In this document: one piece after another, positions 10,647-22,400 of the stretch
How positions within the stretch are numbered: the first letter of the stretch is position 1
Layout of the letters: each line of letters opens with the position of its first letter
Origin: Octopus bimaculoides
Taxonomy: Eukaryota
Length of the DNA stretch: 40,576 nt
Reading direction: 5' to 3'
Assembly: GCF_001194135.2 (NCBI RefSeq)
Contig: NC_068984.1
Coordinates: 97,574,201-97,614,776 of the forward strand
Position numbers and translations under genes: made by a program
Notes under the pieces: generated by a model
What the model was told of the DNA's origin: nothing
Seen by the model: the letters and a program-made list of their open reading frames with translations, nothing else
Database searches by the model: none

Positions 10647-12149
10647 CATTTATATTGTGTAATTCTTTGACAAATTGTTACCTACCTCTTTGTTTCTTTG
10701 TTGTTAAATAAATGGATACTCAACAAAACACTTTTTTCCTCGGCGTAAAATAAAAACAAAACTCCTTCGCACCCAAAGTAATGTGTGTGTGAGAGAGAGG
10801 GTGGGGAGAAAGATGAACGATTTATAATAAATAAATGATTTAAAATGAATATATTTTAATTGTTGTGTGAAAAAGTATATATAATTTGATTATAAAATAT
10901 TGTGTCTTTCAAAAACATCCTATATTTCAATATTATATCTCGTGTTTAAGAAAAAAGATTTTTTACACTTTTATTTTTGGTGAACGCTGTGACTTACTCT
11001 CTCTCTCTTTCCCTCACACACACACACGCACACACACACACTCACATACACATACATCAAAACACAACTTTTCTCTCCCTCACACACACACATCAACACA
11101 CAACTTTATTCTCCCTCAGACACTCACACACATACATCAACACAACTTCTCTTTCTCTCTTTCTCTCTTTCTTACACACATTTTCACTCTGCTATGACAA
11201 GAAGGGACTTAACTCATGTTAGCAAACTTCAAAATTGGTAAAAGTTAAGGTTGAAAATCGGTTTTTACCGCTATCCGCGAGTGCCTCGGGGAAAATAATT
11301 TGACGAAAATACAGCTAGGGTCGTGACGAATGTCCTCCTTAAATTGTAGCGACATGCGTGCTAATTTGTGGACGTGCATAAATGACATTCACGTACACAC
11401 ACACACACACACATCCTACCTTTTATAGATATACAGATAAACGCGATCAATTGCATGAATAAAAGAAAAACAACAAATGACCTTTCTGGATTATTTATAT
11501 CAATTCAATATTTAAAAATAACTTATCTTCCCACCATCCAAGGTAATCTATTTAAAAAATGGGTGGATTTTTCCCTTGTCATTATGTTTTACAAATTCAT
11601 TCAATAATAAATAATGTTAAACTCACATGTTATTTAATGTGTTCACAGTCTCTTAAGCGGTTATAAATTGATCATTGAAATATACAATACACTTCTTGAT
11701 ACCGGGAAAGGCAAATGACTCTCTTCCAGTTTTCATACAATTCCAGAGAACATTTTTTTCCGAACACACTCAGACATTTTTTATACTGCCTACATGATTT
11801 GTACCAAATACCCTGGTTTCAATCTCTACACTGTCCCCAGTCAGTTCTAGGATTTTTTTTTTTTTTTTTTTTTTTTGCTGTTTAGACTGCGTTCCAGCAG
11901 ATTCAGAATTATTCCAGTAAATTTGTTGCTAGTTTAGAACTCTTTCTTTTTTAAAAATTACATTTTTATTCTATGAACACACTGAACCAGGATTCAATCA
12001 TTAGTTTTCTCCTGTACTGAGATTATTAACTATACTATTCTCTCTTAAATATAATTCAACTCTTCTAGATTTATTAATATTTCTTCAATACCTAACATAT
12101 CCCCAATATACCTAACATTTCTTAAATATCCATTGGATGTCAATGTGTT

Positions 12150-12208
<59 letters not shown>
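12150..12208. repeat. (GATA)n microsatellite
   Basis: Direct observation. Confidence 0.95.
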
Positions 12209-12209
<1 letters not shown>

Positions 12210-12303
12210 TAGGGAGAATTCACAAAAAAAAACAAAAGACGAAGACAGGTAGTGTAGAAAACAAACAGATGTATTAGTATAACGCTCGGGAATTGAAAAA
12301 GTT

Positions 12304-12337
12304 TTTAACGTTTCGAGCCTACGTTCTTCCACAGAAA
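12304..12337 (-). ncRNA. Hammerhead-like motif (A6U variant, weak helices) in a short dispersed repeat at ~12210-12470
   Basis: TTT-CTGTGGA-A-GAAC(gtag)GCTC-GAA-ACGT-T-AAA. Helix II has one A.C mismatch, helix III is the palindrome ACGT, and helix I is only 3 bp. Confidence 0.5.
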
Positions 12338-12417
12338 GGAACAAAGAAAGAAACAGGGAGAGAAACAAGAAGAGAAAACATGTGTGTAGTGGTTAGCCAT
12401 CTATCATGGCGAATGTT

Positions 12418-12468
<51 letters not shown>

Positions 12469-12929
12469 NNNNNNNNNNNNNNNNNNNNNNNNNNNNNNNN
12501 NNNNNNNNNNNNNNNNNNNNNNNNNNNNNNNNNNNNNNNNNNNNNNNNNNNNNNNNNNNNNNNNNNNNNNNNNNNNNNNNNNNNNNNNNNNNNNNNNNNN
12601 NNNNNNNNNNNNNNNNNNNNNNNNNNNNNNNNNNNNNNNNNNNNNNNNNNNNNNNNNNNNNNNNNNNNNCTTACTTAGGGTCCTGGTTGTGTTTTACTCA
12701 AAAACGTTTTTAACTTCTTGCATAGTTCGAGCCGACAGCAACATAATATCTCCTCCACTATTTAAGTATTACGTGTCAAAAGTGAAACAAAAACACTCAT
12801 GTCAAATACTTTCACTTTAAAAATGAAACTTTTCCACTATTTCAGTATCAAAACTAAAACAATCATATTACGATACTGTAATGACAGATACTTTCACTTT
12901 AATGGCTGCATTTTCCTACTGAATCTACT

Positions 12930-13320
12930 ACAGTAAAACTATACTCTCGCATATATACAGGCATACATACATATATACATACATACATACATACAAACAT
13001 ACATACATACATATACATATCTGCACAAATGTATACATATACATGTATATATATATATATACATATGTATATATATAGAGAGAGAGAGACAGAGAGATGT
13101 ATATGTATACATGTATGCATATACATGTATATGTACACGTATATGTATAGATATATATATATATAGATATAGATCTATATGCATACATGTATATGTATAC
13201 ATATGTGTAGATGTAAATATATAGATGTACATGTAATATGTACACATATATACATGCATATAGATATCTATATATATAAATACACACACACACATACATA
13301 CACATGCACAAAAACACACA
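12930..13320. repeat. Compound (TA)/(CATA)/(GA)/(CA) low-complexity tract
   Basis: Direct observation. Confidence 0.9.
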
Positions 13321-14517
13321 CATTAGTCATTTGTTTTTTATCCAAAACCACGTCAAAAGTACTGAATGGATCTTTATGAAATTTGTAAATTATATTCTAT
13401 GCATAACGGCCATAACCCCCATGAAAATTCATATATTTTTCATGTTGATGAAATGTTAACCATACATACTACACACAAATAAAGTAGTTTCTAAAATTTC
13501 TTCTTACAAGTTACAAAGACACCTTCATGGGGACTTCACACCCACAATTTAGTCATTTTTCCTAAGCAAAGACGAATACAGTTGTACTATTGGAACCTAT
13601 ATGGTCACTCGAGCATAACAAATGAGCATTATTTGTAATTCAACGGTACAATAGTGTAAGACTATCCTTTCAGATATACTTACATTGTGATTTCTGCAAT
13701 GTGGTGCATAAATTGTCAAGTAAATTAGACGCATCTTTGCCTCCACTGATTCACTTGCAAAGTGTTGAGTAAAATTATTTCGTTGCAGACATCCTTTGAA
13801 TCTTTTTATTATCACTGAGTCACACATAGTCCCCAGTTGGTAGCATTGATTTCAAGGCCTTCCCAGATGAGTGACTGGTTATTCTAAGACATTTATTGAT
13901 TGTAAGTTTTTTTCTGCACAGTTATTTATCGCTATAGTGGTCATTTGCAAACTCCAGAGGCGACACTTTCATTTCCCTTTACTCCAAACGTCACACGTTG
14001 CTATTTCAATTGGGTCATGCCCTTCCAATTGCTATAGATTCGTAATGCATCTTACAGCTGTGCCTGTCACCTGTTTGGTGAGAAATCCTACATTGGGGAG
14101 TAGTAACGACTAGGCTAGGGTAGCTGACTGATTATCGTGATCATTCGTCTTTTGGTTTCCTGTAGCTTTACTCTCTTTTACAAACCCAGTGAACATATAT
14201 AGACTTCCTATTTCAAAGAAATTCAAACAATACATATTAGACCCAAGTTAAAACATTCCCAACAATTCAACTTCCCTGACATTAACACCCCCACCCCCAA
14301 TTGGGGCCTTCATTCCCACATTTTAGAGCTCCATGAGCTCCATTTTTCAGGAGCAAAATCATTTTTACAGGTTCCAGAAAACTGAAATTTTGGAATGTGC
14401 GCATAAAAACAGTAGTATGGGATGCATGTCTCATGATTAGAATTTTTTATGGTGTGTAAAGAGGGAAAGAACCCTCATGTGCAATTTNNNNNNNNNNTAT
14501 ATATATATATATATATA

Positions 14518-14680
14518 CGACGGGCTTCTTTCAGTTTCCGTCTACCAAATCCACTCACAAGGCTTTGGTCGGCCTGAGGCTATAGTAGAAGACACTTGCC
14601 CAAGGTGCCACGCAGTGGGACTGAACCCGAACCATGTGGTTGGTAAGCAAACTACTTACCACACAGCCACTCCTGCGCCT
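14518..14680 (-). mobile_element. tRNA-derived SINE, 5' half (octopus-type family 1)
   Basis: Minus strand reads GGCGCAGGAGTGGCTGTGTGGTAAG (A-box-like) ... GGTTCAGTCCC (B-box-like) ... CCTTGGGCAAGTGTCTT ... GACGGAAACTGAAAGAAGCCCGTCG, then (TA)n. Confidence 0.88.
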
Positions 14681-14722
14681 GCCTATATATATATATATAT
14701 ATATATACACATTTATAATTAA

Positions 14723-14824
14723 GGGTATCTAAAAAATACCACCATGCTAGAGGTAGCAGTCAAAACTTAGCTCTAAACCGCATGATGCATTCATACAGCA
14801 CCTGGTGGTACCTTTCAGATACCC
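14723..14824. mobile_element. Small MITE-like element with imperfect ~28-bp terminal inverted repeats
   Basis: TTAA|GGGTATCTAAAAAATACCACCATGCT ... AGCACCTGGTGGTACCTTTCAGATACCC|TTAT. Confidence 0.4.
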
Positions 14825-14921
14825 TTATACCCTTATAATCTTAATAATAATTATTACCTATAAGGTTTTTATTTCCTTGCTGTCCACTTGATATAATCGG
14901 TATTTTAAATAACGATCTCAT

Positions 14922-14956
<35 letters not shown>

Positions 14957-14962
<6 letters not shown>

Positions 14963-15392
14963 GAAGTATATTGCCACTTAAGTGTGGCTGACCCCTAGGG
15001 GTGGATGTTACTGTTGCTTTTAGCCCCAGGAGGACATCTCCTCCAGCTGGCTTATCGACACACTACTGTGTCCTGTTTGCCAAGGGAAGTTATCCCTCTC
15101 ATCGTGATCTGTAGCACGAACGGACCCGGGTTTAAGGGTTATTTCCCTTCGTCAGCGTCCGATAGCCACTGATCTTTGATGAGAGAGATAAATTCTTGGC
15201 AATCTTATGTATACTTTTCCAGTGACATCCACCACCCCTAGGGGTCAGCCACACTTAAGTGGCAATATACTTCACTTTATCGTGCAGTTACTGTTAATAC
15301 TTCATTTAGAGAATTAACATTGCTTGTTTTCACCTTTTCAATATCAGTGAAGAATTTCACTGGAAAAGTATACATAAGATTGCCAAGAATTT
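14957..15392. mobile_element. Second copy of the hammerhead-bearing Penelope-like/retrozyme-like family, with two interleaved perfect inverted repeats
   Basis: Perfect 48-bp IR at 14957-15004/15232-15279 and perfect 36-bp IR at 15190-15225/15357-15392. Shares tttatcgtgc.g.tactg, ttgcca.tt.a.tgtggc and ccccagga...ccag.tggct...gacaca...gtgtcct with the 2085-2553 element. Confidence 0.8.
15117..15161 (-). ncRNA. Type I hammerhead ribozyme motif (single G12U core substitution)
   Basis: CGGACG-CTGACGA-AGGG(aaataa)CCCT-TAA-ACCCGGGT-C-CGTTCG. Helix I has 6 bp with one G.U, helix II has 4 bp, and helix III is an 8-nt palindrome. The GUC site falls between 15123 and 15122. Confidence 0.8.
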
Positions 15393-15599
15393 GTGTGTCT
15401 GTGTTTGCCCCCCCCCCATCATCGCTTGACAACCGAGTTGGTGTGTTTACGTACCCGTAACTTAGAAGTTCGGAAAAAGTGACCGATAGAATAAGTACTA
15501 GGTTTACAAAGAATAATTCCAGGTGCCGATTTGTTCGGCTAAAGACGGTGCTCCATCATAGCCGCAGTCAAATGACTGAAACAAGTAAAAGGGTAAGAG
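15393..15599 (+). mobile_element. tRNA-derived SINE family 1, 3' half
   Basis: catcgcttgacaaccga..tggtgtgtttacgt.cccgtaacttag...gaccgatagaataagtactagg...gccgcagtcaaatgactgaaacaagtaaaag. Confidence 0.85.
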
Positions 15600-16504
15600 T
15601 ATTGATATTTCGCTACTTCAATGTTTTCAGTCACTATATAATGAACTGCTGGGTTACGTACAAATGTATTTGTGGAGAATATGTTATGCTTTCTTTTTCC
15701 TTGTATGTGGTAGTATATTCGTATGCATGAGTATAGACTTACATTTATGTATATTGATGCGCATGTATGAGTAAGCGTGCGTATTTATGTACGTGTGTAT
15801 ATTATGCATATATGCATGCTTATGGACGTATGGACATACTTATACATCGATGTATATATATATTCCTATGAGCGCACGCACATACACACACATACAAAAG
15901 TGTGCGTGTGTGTGTGTATGTGTGTGTGTGCGTGTGTGTGCGCACGCGATATGGATTCAGAGAATAGTGTGGCTATCATAGAAAGTTTCTCAAATGGATT
16001 CAACTAACAGACCACATAGCAATCCAATACAGAGGAATGTAATGTAGAATGCTCATGCAACCAAAATCCAGAAGATTCGACGATGAAATTAATTTATGCC
16101 GTGTATATAAAGTATAAAAATTAAGGAGGCTAGAGAGATGAATATATCTCTCAACTACTTGACATTTTGGGGATGACGGCTCTTTCGCAGAATTCTTCGT
16201 GTTATAATAATTTCAGTGTAGCGTAAATTATATTTACCCGTTTGCACTAATATGTACGCTATGCATTATACAATACAATTGTATAGTCACAAATCAATGC
16301 AAATAAAGAACGATATCTCGTTAGATCACAAGAACATCATGGTTATACGTGTTCTTGACGTTTTATGGTTTATATATATCTATATATATTTTTTCTGCAT
16401 GTGCATGTGCGCATAATAATAATGACATATATACACGTGTATATGTAAGCTTTCGCATATATTTTTGTACATCTTTATGTCTTACATGGTGTATATGTAT
16501 GTGA

Positions 16505-16558
<54 letters not shown>

Positions 16559-17534
16559 TGCCACTTTAAACTATTGTAAATTTCTACTAACTGCGCAACT
16601 TATAAGTGGATGTTTCACATTGCATTTTTCACAGATAAAGCATTGGCCCTGTTGGAGTCATATTCCATACCTAATCCTTATATTTTGTAGTAGGGGTTCT
16701 GAATGATAAGGGAAGATGCGAGACGACCCCCAAAAATGGCTGTGCAACCTTAGCTATAATAATAAACGCGTCATCCTGTGTCAGCAAACTGATCACAGCT
16801 TCTTGAATTTAATGTCAAAACTTTGTGATAATTATCTCCGTAACCTACAATAATAAACGTGACATTCTGTCTGTCATCATGTTGTTCATCCTGCTATTTT
16901 ACAGCAATCTCCGAATGTCCCAGTGATACAAAATTCTCCAAATGTAATACGCAGTGATATAAATCTGAGGTGATAGGAGACCAATAAATATTTTATTATT
17001 ATTGCCCTATTCAATTTGAGTCGAAGGCCCAATTACCCCTCCGCCAAAACTTACATAAAAGTCTGTACGGAGTGAGGCCTTTAAGCTAGTATTATATAAA
17101 GTATAAATTCCGGACCCCAGTAATGAACTCATTTGCATACAGCCAATCAGAGCAGAGTCATTTTTATCCTTTTTTTCTTTCTAGTTAGCACCGTGCATTC
17201 CTTACTCTTTCCCTCTCTACTGGCAGACAGCAACCTTTTTGTCACCATCGAAAAAATTTTCGCTATCATTAGAAGTACTACTGTCTCTGTCTACTTGTCG
17301 GGCAAACGAATAAATATATGTAAATATTATTTCTTCCTTCTTGGTGTTGATCCTTCGATGTTCACTGGTTATTCCGGCGTTGGCACAATAATATACTTCC
17401 CCAAACTGAATTGCTGCAGTTATTTCATTTTTTTTTTCGAAAAATGTTTTAAAAAAGTTATAGAGGTGTAAAGTTCAACCAGTTTCACCCAGTCAGGAAA
17501 CAGGATTTGGAAGCTGTTAGTTTGTGTGTGACTA

Positions 17535-17607
17535 TTACTCAGAGTTTCACGTTCCCGATCGTCAAACAGTTTTGGTCCGACGAATGGGAACATGAAACTC
17601 TGAGTAA
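17535..17607. other. 73-nt near-perfect hairpin (29-bp arms, 15-nt loop)
   Basis: Left arm ttactcagagtttcacgttcccgatcgtc (17535-17563) matches the reverse complement of the right arm (17579-17607), ttactcagagtttcatgttcccattcgtc, at 26/29 positions. Confidence 0.9.
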
Positions 17608-18144
17608 CAGTTTTTGTATTCTCGTGCAACGTAAAAGGCTTTTGTGTATCATTGCCTCAGTACTCAAGACTTCGTTTCCCTCAAAATATCCATGCCCAAG
17701 AGCCTTCTTTCAGGGGTGTACCAGGGGAAAAGTCCCCCTCCACTTTTTCAGGAATGGGGGACAAACCATCTTTTGACCTGCCTATTTTTCCAAATTAAAA
17801 AAAAAGAGCAAAGAAAATCCCACTAACAAGTCATACATATTTACAATACATATTTTTACATGTTTATTTATGTGCATATATTTATATGAATATTTATAAA
17901 CCTTAAGTTGCAATCGGTACTGAATTTTGTTCATTCGATATTTATATCCATTTGCTAAAAATTAAAAAAGATAAACTCATCAATAATTTGAATGAGAATC
18001 GTATAACATTTTTATATGCATTTGTCTCACTAAGTGAATATAGATAAATAAACAATAAATCGTTTATCAAACTCACAATGGAAATGCAACTAGTTTTATT
18101 CTCTACTTTCGAATTTCAGCTGCTTCCGTGTTTTCTTTTCTTTG

Positions 18145-18957
18145 TATATAATCTTTTCTACTTGAGACACACAAGGCCCGAAATTTTGAGGGAGGGGCCC
18201 AGTCAGTTAGATCGACCCCAGTATGCAACTGGTACTTAATTCATCGACCCCGAAAGGATGAAAGCATAGTCGACTTCGGCGGAATTTGAACTCAGAACGT
18301 AAAGACAGACGAAATACCTATTTCTTTACTGCCCACAAGGGGCTATACACAGAGGGGACAAACAAAGACAGACAAACGGATTAAGTCGATTATATCGACC
18401 CCAGTGCGTAACTGGTACTATTTAATCGACCCCGAAAGGATGNNNNNNNNNNTCGACTTCGGCGGAATTTGAACTCAGAACGTAAAGACAGACGAAATAC
18501 CTATTTCTTTACTGCCCACAAGGGGCTATACACAGAGGGGACAAACAAAGACAGACAAACGGATTAAGTCGATTATATCGACCCCAGTGCGTAACTGGTA
18601 CTATTTAATCGACCCCGAAAGGATGAAAGGCAAAGTCGACCTCGGCGGAATTTGAACTCAGAACGTAACGACAGACGAAATACCGTTAGGCATTTCACCT
18701 GGCATGCTAACGTTTCTGCCAACTCGCCGCCATTAAATCCAATCTCTTCTACTCTAGGCACAAGGCTTGAAATTTTAGAGGAGGGGGTTGCAGTTGATTA
18801 GATCTATCCCAGTACGCAACTGGTACTTAATTTATCGGCCCCGAAAGGATGTAAGGCAAAGTAGACCTCGGCGGATTTTGAGCTCAGAACATAAAGACAG
18901 GCGGAAGACCACTAAACATTTCACCCGGCGTGCTAACGTTTCTGCCAGCTCGCCACC
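18145..18957 (-). mobile_element. Cluster of tRNA-derived SINEs with a Deu/Nin-like central domain (family 2), four head-to-tail units
   Basis: Minus-strand GGCGAGCTGGCAGAAACGTTAGC...GAGTTCAAATTCCGCCGAGGTCGACTTTGCCTTTCATCCTTTCGGGGTCGAT..AAGTACCAG is repeated. One unit is probably an assembly duplicate. Confidence 0.8.
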
Positions 18958-19069
18958 TTCTTCTTAGTATATAATATCCTCAATTGTTAACGTCTCAGAC
19001 AACGTTTTCATTGAACACGACACTTATAAAATCTGCCACCTTCTTCAAGTGAGCTTTTTCTGCACATGC

Positions 19070-21780
19070 AATATATTATATTCTCCTGCAGGCTACCTCT
19101 AAGACGAATGGCAAGGATTTTATCTTCGTGTCCGGTGATTTCAATGGGCATGTCGGACGGCAGTTCGGTATTTTCGATGGTGTACATGAGGACCATGGAA
19201 TTGGTTCATGAAACGAAGAGAGAACAAGGCTACTGGAGTTCTGTGATGCAAAAATTTATTGATCTGCAACACCAACTTCAGGAAGCCAGCAAGCCACCTG
19301 ATAATCTACCAATCAGGTGATTGTGCTAGCCAGATCGATGACATTCTCACCAAGCAGCGGGATGCATGGTTGCTTTTAAATACAAAAATCCTCCTGGGGA
19401 AGAATGCCCCTACACCAGCATAGACTAGTCGTTAGTGATTTTAGACTCTATTTCAGAAGGATGCTAAGAAGCAGACCAATCTGGAAAAGAAAGATTTGGA
19501 AGCTTAAGGACTCTTCATGTGCTCAGAGAAATTTGATGAGAGGGAGGAGGAGCTACGAACTTGTGACAGTAGTTAACTGGGAATTACTTTGGGACAGATT
19601 GCTGAGTGCCACAGACCAAATCTGTGGGTGGTCTGAAGTTCCAACCAGACCTAAGGTAACGTGCTGGCGGAATACAGGGCCATTAGAGCAACGAAACGAG
19701 CCTGGAAGGACTGGAAATGTGGGGTAGCAGGGAACTGTATCAGATAGCCAGAAGGGAAGGTAGGAGACAAGTGTATCTAGCCAAGGGGGAAGCAGAAAAG
19801 AAGTTTGCCTATGTTGAGCGATGTGAGGACGAAAGAACTGAAGTGATTCGGATTGTAAGACTGTGTGAGAGAAAATCGTGATGTAATAAGTGAGATGGAT
19901 GATGGTGCATTTGCATTTAATGATTCTGCAAAGAAAGAGGCTCGAAAATGCCATTATGGAAGACTACTGAACGGAGGGACCAGCTATCCATATTGACAGT
20001 ACTTTGGTAGACAAAACAATTAAGGATATGAAGACAGGGAAAGACCCCGGTCCATCAGGAATCACCGCTAAAATGTTTAAAATATCTGACGTTGTGGGTT
20101 ATAGTCTAGTCACTCGTATTGTAAATCAGATGGTCCACGAAGGAGTCATACTTAATGACTGGTGTAACAGCACCATAGTCAACTGCTACAAAGGTAAAAG
20201 TGATGCCTTAGAAATAATTACAGAGGTATCAAACTGTAGATTCATGTGATGAAGTTACGGAGAGAGGCATAGCCAAACTAATTATGGAGAGAGTTTGCCC
20301 AGATGAGATGCAGTTTGGTTTTGTGCCAGGGAGAAACACCACTGATGCTATATTTCTGGTAAGACAGCTGTAGGATAAATACCTAGCCAAAGATAAACCT
20401 CTGTACTTGGTCTTTGTTGGCTTGGAGAAAGCCTTTGACAGGGTCCCTCGATTCCTTAGGGATAGACGAGTGGTTGGTGAGGGCTGTACAAGCCATGAAC
20501 AGGGATGCTACTTGTAAGATGAGGGTTGGCAATGAGTACAGTGAAGAATTCAAGGTACAAGTAGGGGTTCACCAAGGATTAGTGCTCAGCCTGCTCTTGT
20601 TCATCATTGTTCTCCAGGTAATAACAGAAGAATTTAAGACAGGCTGCTCTTGGACGCTCCTCTATGCTGATGACTTTGCTCTTATAGCTGAATCACTACC
20701 ATAACTAGAGAAGTTTCAGGTGTGAAAGCAAGGTTTAGAATCTAAATAGCTTAGTTAACTTAGCAAAAACCAAAGTCTTAGTAAGTAGGCAGGCAGACAA
20801 ATCATAAATCATAGAAAAGGCTTAGTTAGAAACTCCATAAGATGTACCCGGTGTAGGCTATGGACACAGAAAATGTGCAGCAATATCAAAAGAAGGTAAG
20901 CAGGGAAACTAGCTTTTGTATGTGGAAGATGCACGGGTACAATAAACGCTGAAAATGTGCAGAAATTAGACTCCATTAACTGCCAAGGGAGCGAGCTAGA
21001 GGTAGTAGATAGCTTCTGTTATCTAAGTCACCGTGTTTGTAGTGGTGGTAGATGCTCTAAGAGCGTAGCTGCGAGAATAAGATTAGGCTGGGCAAAGTTC
21101 AGAGAGCTCCTACCTCTGCTGGCAACAAAGGGTCTCTCTCTCAGAGTGAAAGGCAGATTGTATAATGCCTGTATGTGAAAGGCTATGCTACATGACAGTG
21201 AAACATGAGCTGTGACAACCGAGGACTTGCGTAGGCTTGAAAGAAATGAAGCCAGTATTCTTCGCTTGATGTGCAACGCCAGTTTGCATGTACGACAGAG
21301 TGTAAGCAGCTTGAGAGAAAAGTTAGGCATAAGAGGTATCAGATGTGGTGTGCAAGAGAGATGACTGCACTGGTATGGTCATGTGATGCGTATAGACGAA
21401 GACAGCTGTATAAAAAAGTGCCGATTTCTAACTGTGGAGGGAACCTGTGGTAGAGGTAGACCCGGAAGACATAGGATGAGGTAGTGAAGCATGATCTTCG
21501 AACTTTGAGACTCATAGAGGCAATGACTTGTGACCAAGACCTTTGGCGATATGCTGTGCTTGTGAAGACCTGTCAAGTTAAGTGAAATCGTAGTCATGGC
21601 CGATGGTGTCACGTGACTGGCACCCGTGCCGGTAGCACTTTAAGAACATTTTTCGAGCGTTGTGCCTCACGGAGGCAAAGTGGCTGAATTCCTTTCGAAC
21701 GTTGGGCCTCGTAGAGGCAATGACCGAGACCTATGGTATTATTTTGTGCTTGAGAAGATCCATCACTTTGAGCAAAATCG
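19070..21780 (+). mobile_element. 5'-truncated RTE-clade LINE (APE plus RT), inactivated
   Basis: APE motif FVSGDFNGHVG at ~19130. RT motifs QFGFVPGRNTTDAIFLVRQL, GVHQGLVLSLLLF and LLYADD (20663-20674). C-terminal RIRLGWAKFRELLPLL and KGRLYNAC, followed by a 3' UTR. Many stops and frameshifts. Confidence 0.92.
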
Positions 21781-21953
21781 CTATGCTGAGATTCAATACT
21801 TGGCTGCGATCGACCATAACTCAGTAAAGTTTCAATCATATTCCAAAATGCCACACTCATAGAGAAGTTTTGAAAAAGATTAGTTGTGAAGAAGTTGCAA
21901 AAATATTCATTGACGGAAATGATGCAAGATATCAAACATTTGGAAAGTTCTAA
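21780..21953 (+). pseudogene. hAT-superfamily transposase C-terminal (dimerisation domain) relic
   Basis: One frame reads AMLRFNTWLRSTITQ*SFNHIPKCHTHREVLKKISCEEVAKIFIDGNDARYQTFGKF*, matching the hAT (R)RxKTWLRSTMxQxRxN...FGKF tail. Confidence 0.75.
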
Positions 21954-22078
21954 AAGACAATAAACTTACTTTATATTTTTTTATTCAAACATCTGTTTTA
22001 TTCTTTGTTTATTTGATATAAAAATTCTTTTGAAGCTTATTTTTTTTTATATCTGAACTTCATTTGAATATATAAAAT

Positions 22079-22400
22079 TTAATTAGTTGGATGAAACATT
22101 ACAGAGCTTTCCAAACAGAGGTTGAATCCAAATACTCTACAAGATGGAGCAAAACAATCCATGAAAAATTGTACAATAGAGTCATAGTCATCTGCATAAA
22201 GGGAATCACAAATAACAGATTGAAAGACTTCTGCATTAACAACAAAACGATGTATATCGTAGAAATTAGCAGAAATTACTTGCATATATCTCAAAGAGCA
22301 TTTGAGGAAGAATCATGACTGAGAACATCTGCATAATACGAGGAAAAGAGAATTATTGTAAGGATGTCACTCAGACACAATCTTTTACAGGACGGAGTCC
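22079..22400 (-). mobile_element. RTE (BovB-like) RT fragment
   Basis: ...HRFVVNAEVFQSVICDSLYADD...FMDCFAPSCRVFGFNLCLESSVMFHP resembles IRELLYADD...LMDRFSxACxxFGLxISxKKTEVMxQP. Confidence 0.65.

Larger units (their letters stand above)
8656..11437 (-). mobile_element. Helitron B: internally deleted element keeping a helicase fragment and a 5' terminus
   Basis: Terminus a|TCTGTATATCTATAAAAGGTAGGATGTGTGTG at 11437. Non-coding subterminal repeats follow, then helicase fragments. No Rep motifs were seen. That the terminus and the helicase belong to one element is inferred. Confidence 0.65.

Noticed and set aside
13540-14110. Possible piggyBac-like or RT remnant (DSVIIKRFKG...)
   Set aside because: Only a vague resemblance, with no second motif in a consistent frame.
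14957-15279. Classical MITE defined by 48-bp perfect TIRs
   Set aside because: The element continues past the right arm, has a second interleaved IR, and contains a hammerhead. An inversion within a retro-type element fits better.
18270-18625. Apparent perfect 173-bp tandem duplication of SINE units
   Set aside because: 18270-18442 and 18453-18625 are identical and separated by a 10-N gap, the pattern of overlapping contig ends. It is probably an assembly artefact.
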